Below, one piece after another: positions 1 through 11,900 of a DNA stretch of 64,000 bases. Below the pieces are notes generated by a model. That model worked only from the letters and a program-made list of their open reading frames with translations. It did no database searches and was not told the DNA's origin. Numbering within the stretch: the first letter of the stretch is position 1; each line of letters opens with the position of its first letter. Source of the DNA: Callorhinchus milii (lineage: Eukaryota); contig NW_024704743.1 of the NCBI RefSeq assembly GCF_018977255.1, positions 30,938,001-31,002,000 on the forward strand, given 5' to 3'. The position numbers and the translations under genes are program-made.

Positions 1-846
1 CTGATGCCTTTCTGATTGGCTCGTGCCAGCGCCTCCACACCTCAGGCGCTGACTGCATCAGCCTCCACGGCTGCACACTCAACCTCACTAAGCCTGTCAG
101 GAGCATGGGTGTCTTTTTTGACCCTGAACTGTCCTTTCTCCCCCACATCCGCACCATCACTGGCACTGCCTACCACCACCTCCGCAACATTGCCAGATTC
201 CGCCACTGCCTCACCCCTCAGGCTGCCGAAACCCTTACCCACGCATTCGTCACATCAAGGCTCGATTATGGAAACTCCCTCCTCATGAGCCTTCCCAACT
301 CTTCCCTTCACAAGCTGCAGATCATCCAAAACTTTGCAGCTTGTGTACTCTCGCGCACCAGGCTCTGCGACCCCATCATTCCTACTCTCATCCGACTCCA
401 CTGGCTCCCCATGCCCCAGAGGATCGAGTTCAAGATCCTTGTCCTCACCTTTAAGGCCATCCATGGCCTTGCCCCCTCCTACCTCTCTGTCCTGCTGACT
501 GCCTACCAACCTACCCACTCCCTCCGTTCAGCGGGCTCCGGTCTGCTCCATATCTCCCGCCCAACCCACCCTACCATTGGTGGCCGGGCTTTCAGCTTCT
601 CTGCCCCACACTCTGGAACTCCATCCTACGGTCCCTTTGCCTCGCTTCCTCCCTTGCCTCCTTCAAGGCCGGTCTCAAGATCCTTCTCATCGACCATGCC
701 TTTGGTTTCCCTCCCACCTCTCTGCCTTCCCTCACTCCTACACCACCCCTCCCCCATGTTCGGGCCCCGACACCTGACTGTTCAGCGCTTTGGGACGTCC
801 TCCCGATGTGAAAGGCGCTCTATAAATGTAATTTTGTAGTTGTTGT
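1..846 (+). mobile_element. L2-clade LINE 3' fragment (end of ORF2, 3'UTR and (TTG)n-like tail)
   Basis: ORF 105..839 has L2 ORF2 motifs GV.FD..LSF..HI, HAFVTSRLDY.NSLL, LHWLP...RIEFKIL, APSYL; tail cagcgctttgggacgtcc...gaaaggcgctctataaatg. Confidence 0.92.
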
Positions 847-1188
847 AATAATAATCCTTGCATTTGATATAGCGCTTTATCACGTCTTTGAGATGTCTCA
901 AAGCGCTTCACAGAATATACTTTAAAGTGAATTGACTGTATATTTTGTGGGCGAAAAGCGGCAGCCAATTGCGCACAGCAATGTCCCACAAACAGTTGAG
1001 AATTTAGTGAACAATTTATTATTATTATCTTTTCTTGGAAGGAATTATTCTACCCGGAAAAGCGATCCACCAATCGACTAACAACTGGCTTTCTAATTAC
1101 TGCTAGGTAAACAGAGGCGTTGGAGTAAGGAAACTTGCCGGCCAGGAATCAAACCCAGGTTTCTCACTTGCGTGGCGAGTGCTCTCGA
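847..1188 (-). mobile_element. tRNA-derived SINE family A, long form
   Basis: Reverse complement of the family A tail (aaatgcaagg(att)n), body and partial head; sits tail-to-tail with the L2 fragment. Confidence 0.85.
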
Positions 1189-2254
1189 CGAGAAAGGCGC
1201 TATACAAATGTCATTTTGTTGTTGTTGTTGAAGGCAAGGATAGGAGGCCAGAGCCAGCCGAGCGGAGGCAGCTGGCGATGGAGTGGGGGTTAAGCAGGTC
1301 AGATAGGTAGGGAGATGCAAGGGAATGAAGTGATTTGTAAAGAAGTGAAAGGATCTTGAAATCAAGAGACAATAAGACAACTTCCCTCTATATCTGTTGG
1401 GAAACTCCTGTCTTCTCCACTAACAGCACGGTGGAGATCTGAAGCTTTCTCCATAGGGCATCACAGCCCCAGATATCAATATCTGACTGCTCAGCTGGTG
1501 CAGGGTATTGGGAGATTTAAACACCATTTTGTAGCCCTACAATAAACACCTTGTTTGAAAAAGATAATTACAATCGATGACTCTTATTGCAGCGTCAGAG
1601 CAGAGTATGGCGTCAGCAATGGTACTTGTGTGTTTAGAAGACCGAGGGAGGTGTGCGCACAATGAACTAGCATCATTTGTTGTGTGGATTGCTCGATTTG
1701 TAAATCTGTTCGGTGGTCAATGTCAGAACACCATGTTTAAGAGATCTGATTGTCTAAGATGTTACGGTAAAATAGTTTATTATTACATTCGGGAGAATTG
1801 ACACAGCTGTCAGAAGTGCTTGTGAATTTTGAATTGAGAAAATAAAATCAAGTGCTGACCATCTTGCATAACACTGGGACATGTGAAATGGAGTCTAACC
1901 ACTGTTATTCCAGTGCATGCGTATTATCTTTATACCAAGAGCAACAACAACATGCCATATACCTACAATATAAAGCTGGGCGACTGCAGTCACATCTGAG
2001 ACAGGTAATCACACATTACATATAATCCGGCATTTTAGAGGTGGAAAATGAGTTCTGACCCTACTTTCCAGGTAAATAAAAACCTTTTTAGTGGCAATTT
2101 GAAGTAAAAAGAAAATTACTTATGTAACAACTGTAATTAACTTCTGTTTGCTCAAGCTATTCTGCTCAGCAGGATGGCAGAAATGTACCAAATCACATCA
2201 GGTAATGTGTTTAAAATGGGAAGGTTTTTAGCAGCTCAGATGTAGAGAAACGTC

Positions 2255-3624
2255 AGTTGTAGGGAAAATACTGGAATCCATCATCAGGGACAGAGTGACT
2301 GAACACTTGGACAGGTATGAGCTAGTCAAAGAGAGTCAGCAAGGGTAGGTCGTATCTGACTAATCTAGTTGAATTTTTTGAGGAGGTCACTAAAATGGTG
2401 GATAGGAGTGTCTATGGATGTCGTTTATATGGACTTTCAGAAGGCATTTGATAAGGTTCCACACAAAAGGTTATTAGCGAAAATGGAAGCGCATGGAGTC
2501 GGAGGTAACCTTGTGACGTGGCTTGGGAATTGCTTGGGAGGCAGGAAGCAGAAGGTAGGGACAAACGGAAAGTTCTCTGATTGGTGGGACGTGACAAGTG
2601 GTGTCCCCCAGGGGTCTGTACCCCAGCTATTCGCTACATATAATATATATATATAAATGACTTGGATGAAGGAATAAAAGTTTTATATCCAAGTTTGCAG
2701 ACGACACTAAGCTAGGAGGCTCAGTAAATTGTGTAGATGGGAGTAGGAAGTTACAAAGGGTATTAGACAGATTAAATGAGGGGGCAAAGCTGTGGCAGAT
2801 GGAGCTCAATGTAGGGTAGTGTGAGGTCATCCACTATTGTCCGAAAAAAGATGAAGCAGAATATTTTTTTAATGGGGAGAAATGAAGAACTGTGGAGGAG
2901 CAAAGAGATTTGGGTGTCCATATCCACAAATCACTAAAAACTAGTTCTGAGGTGCAAAAAGTAATCAAAAAGGCGAATGGAATGTTGGCTTTTATCTCAA
3001 AGGGCCTGAAATACAAAGGGGACGAAATGATGCTTCAGCTGTACAGAGCGTCAGTCAGACCTCATCTGGAGACTGCGTTCAGTTTTGGGCACCACACCTC
3101 AGGAAAGATATGTTGGCCCTGGAGGGGGTGCAGCGCAGGTTCACCAGAATGTTACCAGGCCTAAAAGGGTTACGTTATGAGGAAAGGCTGCGTAAACTTG
3201 GATTGTATTCCCTTGAGTTTAGAAGGTTGAGGGGTGATTTGATTGAGGTGTTTAAGATGATAAAGGGATTTGATAGGGTAGATACAGAGAAGCTATTTCC
3301 TCCGTTGGGGAATCCAAAACAAGGAGGTATAGTCTTAAAATTAGAACCAGGCCATTTAAGATTGAAACCAGGAAGCATTTTTTCACTCAAAGGGTGGGAG
3401 AAATCTGGAATTCTCTCCCCCAAAAGGCCGTGGATGCTGGAATCATCCACACCTTCAAGAGTGAGGTTGATAGATTTTTGGTAGGTCAGGGTATTAAGGG
3501 ATATGGGAAGAAAGCGAGAAATTGGAATTGAAAAGATTAGTTGAGGTACAGATCAGCCATAATCCAATTAAATGGCGGAACAGGCTCGAAGGGCTGATTG
3601 GCCTCCTTCTGTTCCTATGTTCCT
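2255..3624 (+). mobile_element. CR1-clade LINE, 5'-truncated, frameshifted RT pseudogene
   Basis: RT motifs YMDFQKAFDKVPH, GVPQGSV, FADDTKL and LE.VQRRFTRMLPGL..L.YEERL..LGLYSLE.RRLRGDLIEVFK; (gttcctat)n tail. Confidence 0.95.
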
Positions 3625-3915
3625 AGATATTCAAGTGGGAAGTGCTACTCGATGTGCCACAGTAATAGCACTTTATTTCAGCACAAGAAATCACATTGCA
3701 AACAAAACCTGACAGACCTGCCAGTATCCCAATATCAGTCAGTCTTAGATCTTGTAAAAGTAAACTACTCCTTATATTTGCTTCTATCAACTTGCATTAG
3801 CCCATTCCTGAGACTGTGCACATGATAAAGATCCCAAAAATGTTAACAAAATCAATAATAATACAGCATTTCCACCAGTCATTGAATCAAGAACCATAAG
3901 GCTTACCATTTAAGA

Positions 3916-4232
3916 TGGAGTCCTGTAGCTCAGTGGTTAAAGAACTCGCTTTGCAAGTGAGAGACCTGAGTTCAATTCCAGGCAGGGCGAAATCTTGGGC
4001 AAGTTTCCTTATTCCACACGCCTAATAATAATCCCTCCAAAAGAACAAAACAATAATAAAAATTGGTCATTTTCAATACACGACTGTTTGTGAGACATTG
4101 CTGTGCGCAATTGGCTGCCGCGTTCGCCCACAAATATACAGTCAATTCACTTTACAGTATATTCTGTGAAGCGCATTGGGACGTTTAGAAGACGTGAAAA
4201 GCGCTATATCAAATGCAAGGATTATTATTATA
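3916..4232 (+). mobile_element. tRNA-derived SINE family A, short form, full length
   Basis: A box tagctcagtgg, B box gagttcaattcc, body ttgggcaagtttcctta, Deu-like gctgtgcgcaattggctgccgcg, L2-like tail ending (att)n. Confidence 0.92.
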
Positions 4233-4539
4233 ATCACAAAAGGAAATACAGGGGAAATTAGAAAAAAATCTTTAACTGGTTGGAATGTGGAATCCTCTGT
4301 CACAAACTCTTGTTGCAACAAAGTTTACAGACTATTTAATAAGTCAATTAAATAGATACTTGAAAAAGAGGAATATTAAAGGGAGAGAACAGGAGAGGGG
4401 AATTAAACTACAAATACCCAGAAGCTAATTCTTGAGAATGTATGTACATTACTGTACTGTTTGCATGACTATACTGCAACCTTGCCAGACTATACCTACA
4501 GTAATGCATTAAGTTGTGGTCGATACAAACCCTAGAGAC

Positions 4540-4950
4540 AGTAGAGCATCGAGGAAGATCCCCAATGTTAGAGGACTAAGGGAAAGGATTAGACAGGCTG
4601 GGTCTGCTCAGTCTTGAAAGAATATATCTCAGAGGGGACCTTATCGAGGTATAAAGAATTTAAATGGGATTGAGAAAGTAAATCCAGAACAATACTTTCA
4701 TATGGCTTGATATAGCAGAAGAGAGCACAAGTTTAGAGTTGCAAAGAGCAATTTCAAGACAGAAACGAGGAAATATTTATTTTACTTGAGGATATTTAAC
4801 AACTGGAACAGGTTACCAAAGAGGTGGATGACACCAGGATGCTGAACTCGTTTAAAAAGCAGCTGGATTTGGTAATGGGACGACAGTAGAGTGGATATTC
4901 TGGAAGGTTGAGATCAAATGGGCAGAAAGGCCTTGTTCATCTAAACCTCT
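4540..4950 (+). mobile_element. Older CR1 LINE 3' fragment
   Basis: Degenerate RL..LGL.SLE...LRGDLIEVYK-coding sequence (ctcagaggggaccttatcgaggtata). Confidence 0.75.
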
Positions 4951-5086
4951 TGCGTGATCTGCATGCAGAGAAATATCAGCACATACCTGTTGTGGCAAAT
5001 TACCTTTTCCTATGTTGTAAAATTTCTATGCTTCTACGTTAAGAACTGTGAGAAACAAACATGTTAGCAAGTCAACACACTCATAT

Positions 5087-5092
5087 TTTATT
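5087..5092 (-). promoter_or_regulatory. Probable CDKAL1 polyadenylation signal AATAAA (3'UTR about 270 nt)
   Basis: tttatt on the plus strand about 245 nt past the stop codon, followed on the minus strand by GT/T-rich sequence (gtgtgttg...tgtttgtttc). Confidence 0.6.
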
Positions 5093-5336
5093 AAACCTTC
5101 TATGCTTAACATTTCAAATAAGAAGATGCGAGGTTACACTTTGAATAAAAAATCTCCACATTTGCTAAAACGATAGTTAGCTGCATGATGTTGTCACAGA
5201 GATAATCATTTCACTTGGCCACAAAAATAAAAAGGCAGCCTTCAAAAGTCCAACTACTTTGACCATATTGAAGTGTCCTCAGTACTGTCCAAGATATGGA
5301 AACCACATTCTCCAGAACCCATTCCAGACAAGAGGT

Positions 5337-5516
5337 CTACCTGAGTATCTTCACAGTAATAGCCACCAACACTGCCAACAAAGCTAGTATGATTGGCACC
5401 ATCTTTTCTTTTAGGCCTTCCGAGTTCCATGTTGACAAACTTGAACTAGAAAACTGCCCACTATGGGAGTGATGTGTATCAAGGGCTGTGCCGTTCTCAT
5501 GAAAGGTCTTCAATTC
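5337..5516 (-). CDS. CDKAL1: CDKAL1 terminal coding exon (59 aa + TAG): ELKTFHENGTALDTHHSHSGQFSSSSLSTWNSEGLKEKMVPIILALLAVLVAITVKILR*
   Basis: Pyrimidine tract ctctctctctctAG| acceptor; phase 0 matches the previous exon; divergent linker followed by a hydrophobic C-terminal helix and basic residues, as expected for ER tail-anchored CDKAL1; absent from the ORF track. Confidence 0.85.
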   Translation of the reverse strand, partial: ELKTFHENGTALDTHHSHSGQFSSSSLSTWNSEGLKEKMVPIILALLAVLVAITVKILR

Positions 5517-7619
5517 CTAGAGAGAGAGAGATTTTGTTATTTCGCCGTACAATGCTGCTAATGGACAGTCAATCATCACTATGCATTCTCGAGGAACACA
5601 GAGGTTCCAATCCACAACAAAATGGTCTTCCAAAATAATCCCATTCTCCTGTTCGCTCCCATAACCTTTAATATTCCTCTTTTTGAAGCATCTGTCTGAT
5701 TGCCTTTGAATTTGTTTTCACGGTTGTGGCACAGAATCCCACATTCCAACCAACTTCTGTGTAAATATTGCAGATGAGTGGAAACAGAGTGCAGAACCAA
5801 AACAATAGATCTATTGTTCTTTCCCAAATCTTTGACTTGATGGAAGCGATACACTAAACAGGATTATTTTACCACGCATAAATTGGTCAGTTCTTTGCTT
5901 TTGTATTTTTAAATAAGTTTCTAAACTTTGATCTCTGTACTACAGCAGCCACTCTCTAAACAGTCAGTAACTAGCTCCATCCTGAGGTCCCAGTACAGGG
6001 TCATATTATCAAGATTGGAGATGAGATTCTTGATTGAGATTTTATGTTCATATTTGAAAACAATTCATCCATTAGCAGGCAACAACTCAATCAAATACAA
6101 CACTAGTTGTAGGATATCTATGATACATGGAGAGGGGGAGAACAAATCAGTCAAGCTTGTGAGAAAAACTATGGTCTTGAAATGTCCCACCTTGCACATC
6201 TAAAGTGAGACTACATTTGTTTAGAACTGGTGTAGTGGATTTCCTGAAAATATCTGCTCAAACTAACATGTTATTGGAGAACAAAATTTTGGTTGTTTAC
6301 AAGTTGCTTTGCAATTAGAGCGAGACTTTTACTTGGAAATGAGTGAGATAAATAAAGCCCACAGATCCCAAAATGTTCTAATAATAATAAGCATCCTTGC
6401 ATTTGATCTAGCGCCTTATCACATTGCTGTGAGGTCTCAAAGCGCTTCGCAGAATATATTGCGAAGTCCACAAAATGTATTGCGATACCCACAAAATGTT
6501 AGCAGCTGAACTGCAGAGGCATTCTTCTGCAGCGGTCCATTGGTGGCAATGAACCACATAGTGATAGGAGTCACAATTCCTCATGACAGATCCATAGAGC
6601 ATATAGTTTGGGACATGACATGTGCATGCGACTGCCAGGATTGTGGAAGGTGAACTGGATGGACCTTGGTTCTTCTTTTGTCTAGCCATTCTCGTGTTCT
6701 TATGAGGGGTTCCATCTACCGAGGTGTCCAGGGAGGCAGGGAGCAGAGACGAAGTTCAAGCCAGGAGGTTGCTGAACCAACTAACCAAACTCATGCTATT
6801 CGCAGTCACCTCCCAACAACAAAAGCACCACTGTGAGTAGGAACGGCCTGACAGCAGGTTCTGTCTGCACACTAAGCTGGGAATTGGGGAGGATGGTACA
6901 AACTACTGGAGAGAAACGTAAAATACATTTCAAAACATTTTAAATGTGGGAATTGGATAAAAATAAAAGATTATAACAACGGGATCCAAGCAAATTGTTC
7001 TCGTGGAGGAATTAGAATGAATGGCCTCTTTTTGTGCTGTAATCTTTATATACGTCCAATTGGCTTTCAACTGCACCTAATGTTTCTAAAACAATATTGT
7101 TTTTGGAACAATTCTGGTTTAGGCCCAAAGCAGGTTCATATTAATTAATTATTTTCCATACCATTGGATCATCTTTCTTGTGATTCTGACTTGACTAAAA
7201 TCTAAATTGTAAGATATGTTGACACCCCAATTACAAAATGCATGAGTTGTGCTAACCATGTGAAGACTAGGGATTTACAGGTGCCATGAAATACCTAATT
7301 AACAAATTTAGCAGATTATGGAAACATCTGGAATCGTTTTCATTAATTATGTAATTCAGGGCAGCAGAGGGTAATTTCCTCTGTACACATATATTTTCAC
7401 ATGGTTAGCTCAATTTGCAAGCTTTGCAATTGTGTTGTTAACCCGACTTGCAAAATTAGACCCTAGTGCCTGTATTTTGATACCCCAGGTTTTCTAGTTG
7501 GGTTGTTCTTGACCTGCATTTCTTTGCTGTTTCCAGAGACAAGTTTTTTAATTGCTGAGGTTTTCTGCGTCCTTCAACTGTTGACTGCTTGTAAACCTAG
7601 ATCCTATTTGAGATCAGTC

Positions 7620-8060
7620 AGGTGTCAGCTTGGTTCAGCAGCTAGCACTCTCATATCTTTGTCAGAAGTTTATGGGTTCGAGTCCCATGTCGGGACTTTG
7701 AATTTATATAGTCTAGGTTGACGCTCTGATGCACTGATTGGATTTACAACAACGACAACAAGATTACATTTGTATAGCGCCTTTCACGTCGGGAGGACGT
7801 CGTATATTTACACTAATATTCCACCTGCCTGTTCAGGTTAAAGATCCCATGGCACTATTCAAAAAGAGAAGGGAGTTTCTCCTACGGTGCTGAAAAAGAA
7901 TCTCCCAAATAAAATTGGTCACTCACTTCCTATTTATGGGACTCTGCTGTGTACAAATTGGCTACCTATAAATACACATTACTACACTTTTGAGTAAATA
8001 TCATGAAGTGGTTTAAAATGTACTTCTGAAGAAAAGTGCCATATCTAATGTAAGAAATAT
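7620..8060 (+). mobile_element. Deu-domain SINE (SacSINE1/AmnSINE1-like) interrupted by an L2 tail stub
   Basis: tRNA-like head (ggttcgagtccc), Deu hallmark taaagatcccatggcactattc...gggagtttctcc; inverted L2 tail at about 7746-7800. Confidence 0.8.
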
Positions 8061-8452
8061 TATTTTTCTATTCTTCAAGTCTTCAAGATTTCAGAGAGAT
8101 TCTTGATGCTTTCTTCACACAGATGAATGTCATCTCAGTGAACCAGTGCCGAAATCACAGCTTGTGAGGAGAAACTAGAGGAGACAACTCTACAGGAATC
8201 ACCTTGAGAGGAAAATGTTCTGTGGGAAGGAATGCAAACAAGTCAACCTGAGAGAATTCCATAAGTCATCTGGCAGTAGCAGACTGACAATGAGAAAATG
8301 GAATTGCCAGAGAGAGAGGAAAAAACCCTCTGCATTAAACAGTCTGGCACAAGTCAGATTTGAACATTTTCAAATGCAAGGGATCCTGCAGCCTTGGCAA
8401 AAAGGCTTGTTAAAATCTTTCTCCTGTTGTCTCCTCTCGTTGCTTTGCTTGT

Positions 8453-8900
8453 TTTTTGGTCAGCAGGGTGTCTGGCACACGCGGAAACCCATCACCATGA
8501 TTAAGAGTATCCAAACCAAGCTGAGATTTCCATGCATTCCAACTGTACATGGAAATTCCAGAGATGGTTATTGGAATGGAATGCGCACTCTATCCCTGAA
8601 GGGATGCATCCTGCTTACCTAATTCCGCAAGGTATTAGGCACAGGTTGGCAAGAGCCAATGCTTGGGGACCTCAGAGTGTGCGCTGGGGTACTGCTGGAA
8701 TCTAACCAGCTAAAACCATATAGCTTACCATCGAGGGCACTGCCTGACAAGCTTTCTCGCTGTTATCCAGCAAGGATCACTCTACCCGTTAGGGCTTTGG
8801 CTTACAGGGTTAGTGGAAGCTGAGTGGGAGTTTCTGCCTCCATTACTGGTCTGCCCTTCTTGGTCCAGCTGATGAGCCAGCCTGACTCTGCCGTCACAGA
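8453..8900 (-). repeat. Unclassified interspersed repeat family C copy
   Basis: Long shared blocks with 33313-33590 (aagagtatccaaaccaagctgagatttccatgcat; atcctgcttacctaattcc) and with the copies at 36035, 39850 and 63115; ends ...gctgaccaaaaaa on the minus strand. Confidence 0.85.
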
Positions 8901-11900
8901 ACCAAACAACCTGTGCTTATAGAATGCCTTTCTTTTGATTTTGTTTTGAAGTGATTCATAAAGACTTGAAGTCAATTCACTGGGGAATAGGGAGCCAGTG
9001 GGGTCTGGAGAGTATGAGTGTGATAGGTTACCGGGAAAAGATATGGGCTAGAGTTTGAGGAAGGTCAAGCTTGGAAGCCCAGAGACTATTTATTGGAGAA
9101 ATTGTTTAACAGGCGGCAACGGTGTGAAGAACAGTTTTGCGTTGGAGGTGAGTAAGCAAGGATGCGGGAGAAATTGCAGAAGTAGAGGAAAGCAGACATG
9201 AAAGGCTTAAAAGAGGATGGGCATCAAGCATACTCATTTTTAACAGGAGCTCATTTCAAAATCAACACAGTCGTTTACTGAACCTCAACAATGTTTTTAT
9301 AGCTGTATTTATCCAACCTGTAAGCTCTGCGCTCATTACAATTGCTTGCTTTCATCAACCATACAATCACACCCAAAATGGCCACAATTCCCTGCCTGGT
9401 CTCCGAGCCCCTCTTACACAACACCAAGTCTTATATAAAATAATGTTAATGGATGTTGATGTCATAACCTAAAGGCCAATTGCTAAATACTATTCTGCAA
9501 CTGCTCCAGGCAGTGATAATGAAAGCAGATGTAAGCTGTCCCTTTTTCTTTCCCCCGCTGAAATAATTGGTGTTTTTTTTTGAAAAAATCTTATATTTAT
9601 AACATGTTAATTACACGCCTAAAACTTGCTAAATCTTAAGAGAATCGTCTGAAGTTTCTAATTGGAGCTGCCCAGAAGCTCACCGATTCCTGCCCACAGC
9701 TGCTGATCAAACACAGTCATGTACTGTGGTCTACCGGATTTCATAGAAATTCACACATTTGCTAATTCTGCAGTTTAAAAGGTCATCAATTACTCGCTTT
9801 CTTAATGCATAAATACTGCAACCATATTTCAGATACAAGTCGAATGAACACTGCATTCAGGTGAAGTATAGATTGTTACTGAGGTTGACTGCCTGAGACT
9901 CATCACCAACATTTCTAGGCTCAAAGATGAATGTGTCTGTCAAATAATAAGAATCATTGCATTTGATATATCAGAAAGGGTGCACAAATACTGCACATAG
10001 TAACTACACTTCACAGTAAAATTCTGTGAAGCGCTTTGATACATCTCCTTCATAATAATCCTTCACAGGATTTACTATAAAGTGTTGTGTCTGTGTATTT
10101 CATAGACAAACATATTAGTCATCCAGCTGCATACAAGGCAGTTTGGATTATACAACCAAAACAACAGTAGAAGAGGTTGAGAGTTGCATCTGAATATCAG
10201 TCAAATTTGCTTCTAAACTTTTTTCCAGTACCACTAGCCCTGAGAGCTCTGATACCAATTGTAGTTCACCAAGTCCTGGTGAGATCAGACTACTCTTCAC
10301 AGACTTGCAAACTTCCAGTCCGTATGGCCTAGCATTACATTAAGAGATGTCTTCACTCATTTAGGTCATGATGGGAAACCAAACTCTGCATGTTTTTAAT
10401 ACCAAGAAAATTAAGAACTCAGTTTATGGAAGAGGAGAGCTCAACTCATTAACTCTTATGAATACGTTATCAATTCAATGAGCGTCTCAGGGATAAGACA
10501 AAAAAGCTCTATTTTCACATGCAAGATCATCTTGTACTTGATATAACACCTCGCACGTAGGAAAAAACAAGAATCTCAATAAACTGGAAGCATCTTTGAT
10601 ATGGTACGATCTTCGGAACAGTTGAATTTAGTTCCTTTATATTGTGGGTCTAATTCCACAGAATGGAACTACACTGCAACAATATTATAGAAATGAATGG
10701 GGGTAGGGAAACAATGGCAGTAGTTCCCACCGTTGCTTTGTATTTAAAGCTCCAATACACACTTGAAGCTTAACATCTACAACCCAATCCAATGACGTGT
10801 CCAGCCAAGTGATTAATGGAAGCCATTGATTTTTCACCTATTTCTTAATGTAAAACAATACTGTTGCCTACACAAAACAATTAATTATACCCATAAATCA
10901 CTGGGGAGCAGATAGACACCAGGCATGAATGCAAGTTAGATAAGGAGGATATGACCGCACACTAATATATGCAACCTCACACAGAACACGTCAAGTGAAA
11001 GCCCAAGGCTCAATGGAGTCCAAATCAAATGGAGGATCAATGCTCCTCACGCATGCCATGAGATTAGTTTTGCAAATATTAGATTTTTTTAATTAAAAAA
11101 AAGCAGAAAAGAATAGCCTGTGATCCAGATGTGACAGCATTTCAGTCTTTCCTGCAGGCCAGTCACACTGATATCGATCACTCACACAATTATCTAAGCA
11201 ACAAAATTAGCCCACGTTCCAAAATATGCAGACGTTTCAATGACCATTAACAAGCGTGACCTGGGCAAGTGCTCAAGCAGGGAGTGATCATTGACTTCAT
11301 GCTGACGGAAGAAATACGTTTCAAACATTCACTTCCTAAACAAGATGAAAAGATGAAGCTTTTGTTCCCAGACACAGACTGATTGAAAACGTCACAAGCA
11401 ATGCATCATCAAGCTATTGTTTTACATTAAAAGGCAGATACAGCTACCTCTTGCTCCAGATGAGGTAGACCCTTCTTCATGGCTAACTTAGCTTCTTTTC
11501 CCTGAATCCGAGTCTGAAGTATATCTGATCTGCTCATCTCAGGCCTCTGTCAGCAAGTTTAGCAATGATCCCAGAAACAATTTCAAGCGGAGAAACTCCC
11601 AGCACTCTAGCTGCCGTGCAATTCTACATTACATAATAGTGAAGATTTTTTATTTGTAATTTCTTTAATTTTTTGAAACAATTTTCTCCCTCTCCTGTCC
11701 TTATGGCTTACCTGCACCCTTTACCTCCTTTGGCCAAGATTGATAGGCAAGGAATTTTCTCTGGACCTCTGTCTCTGCTGCTTTTTTGCGTGCTCACAAT
11801 AACACTCACTTTCTCCATCTCAACCTGGGGGAAAAGGCCAGGCTTCTGCTCAAAACATGTCTTTGACAACATGGCTGAGATTGCGAACTCTGGAGGTTAC

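Noticed and set aside
3919-3990. tRNA-Ala(TGC)-like cloverleafs (also at 53400, 54605 and others)
   Set aside because: All are SINE heads continuing into the SINE body, with no independent terminator
4447-4506. 10-bp inverted repeat cattactgta/tacagtaatg
   Set aside because: Short AT-rich stem with a 40-nt loop; expected occasionally by chance
5211-5336. 41 open codons after the CDKAL1 TAG (readthrough?)
   Set aside because: Length is compatible with chance and there is no known readthrough context
8215-8622. ORF sharing the peptide RKPIT..KSIQTKLRFPCIP with ORF 33250..33486
   Set aside because: Explained by nucleotide homology of family C; the frames diverge and other copies have indels
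8745-8820. Telomerase-RNA-like words (tttctcgctg...cagc; CTAACCCT on the reverse strand) in family C
   Set aside because: The two motifs are on opposite strands, the template is incomplete and other copies do not keep them
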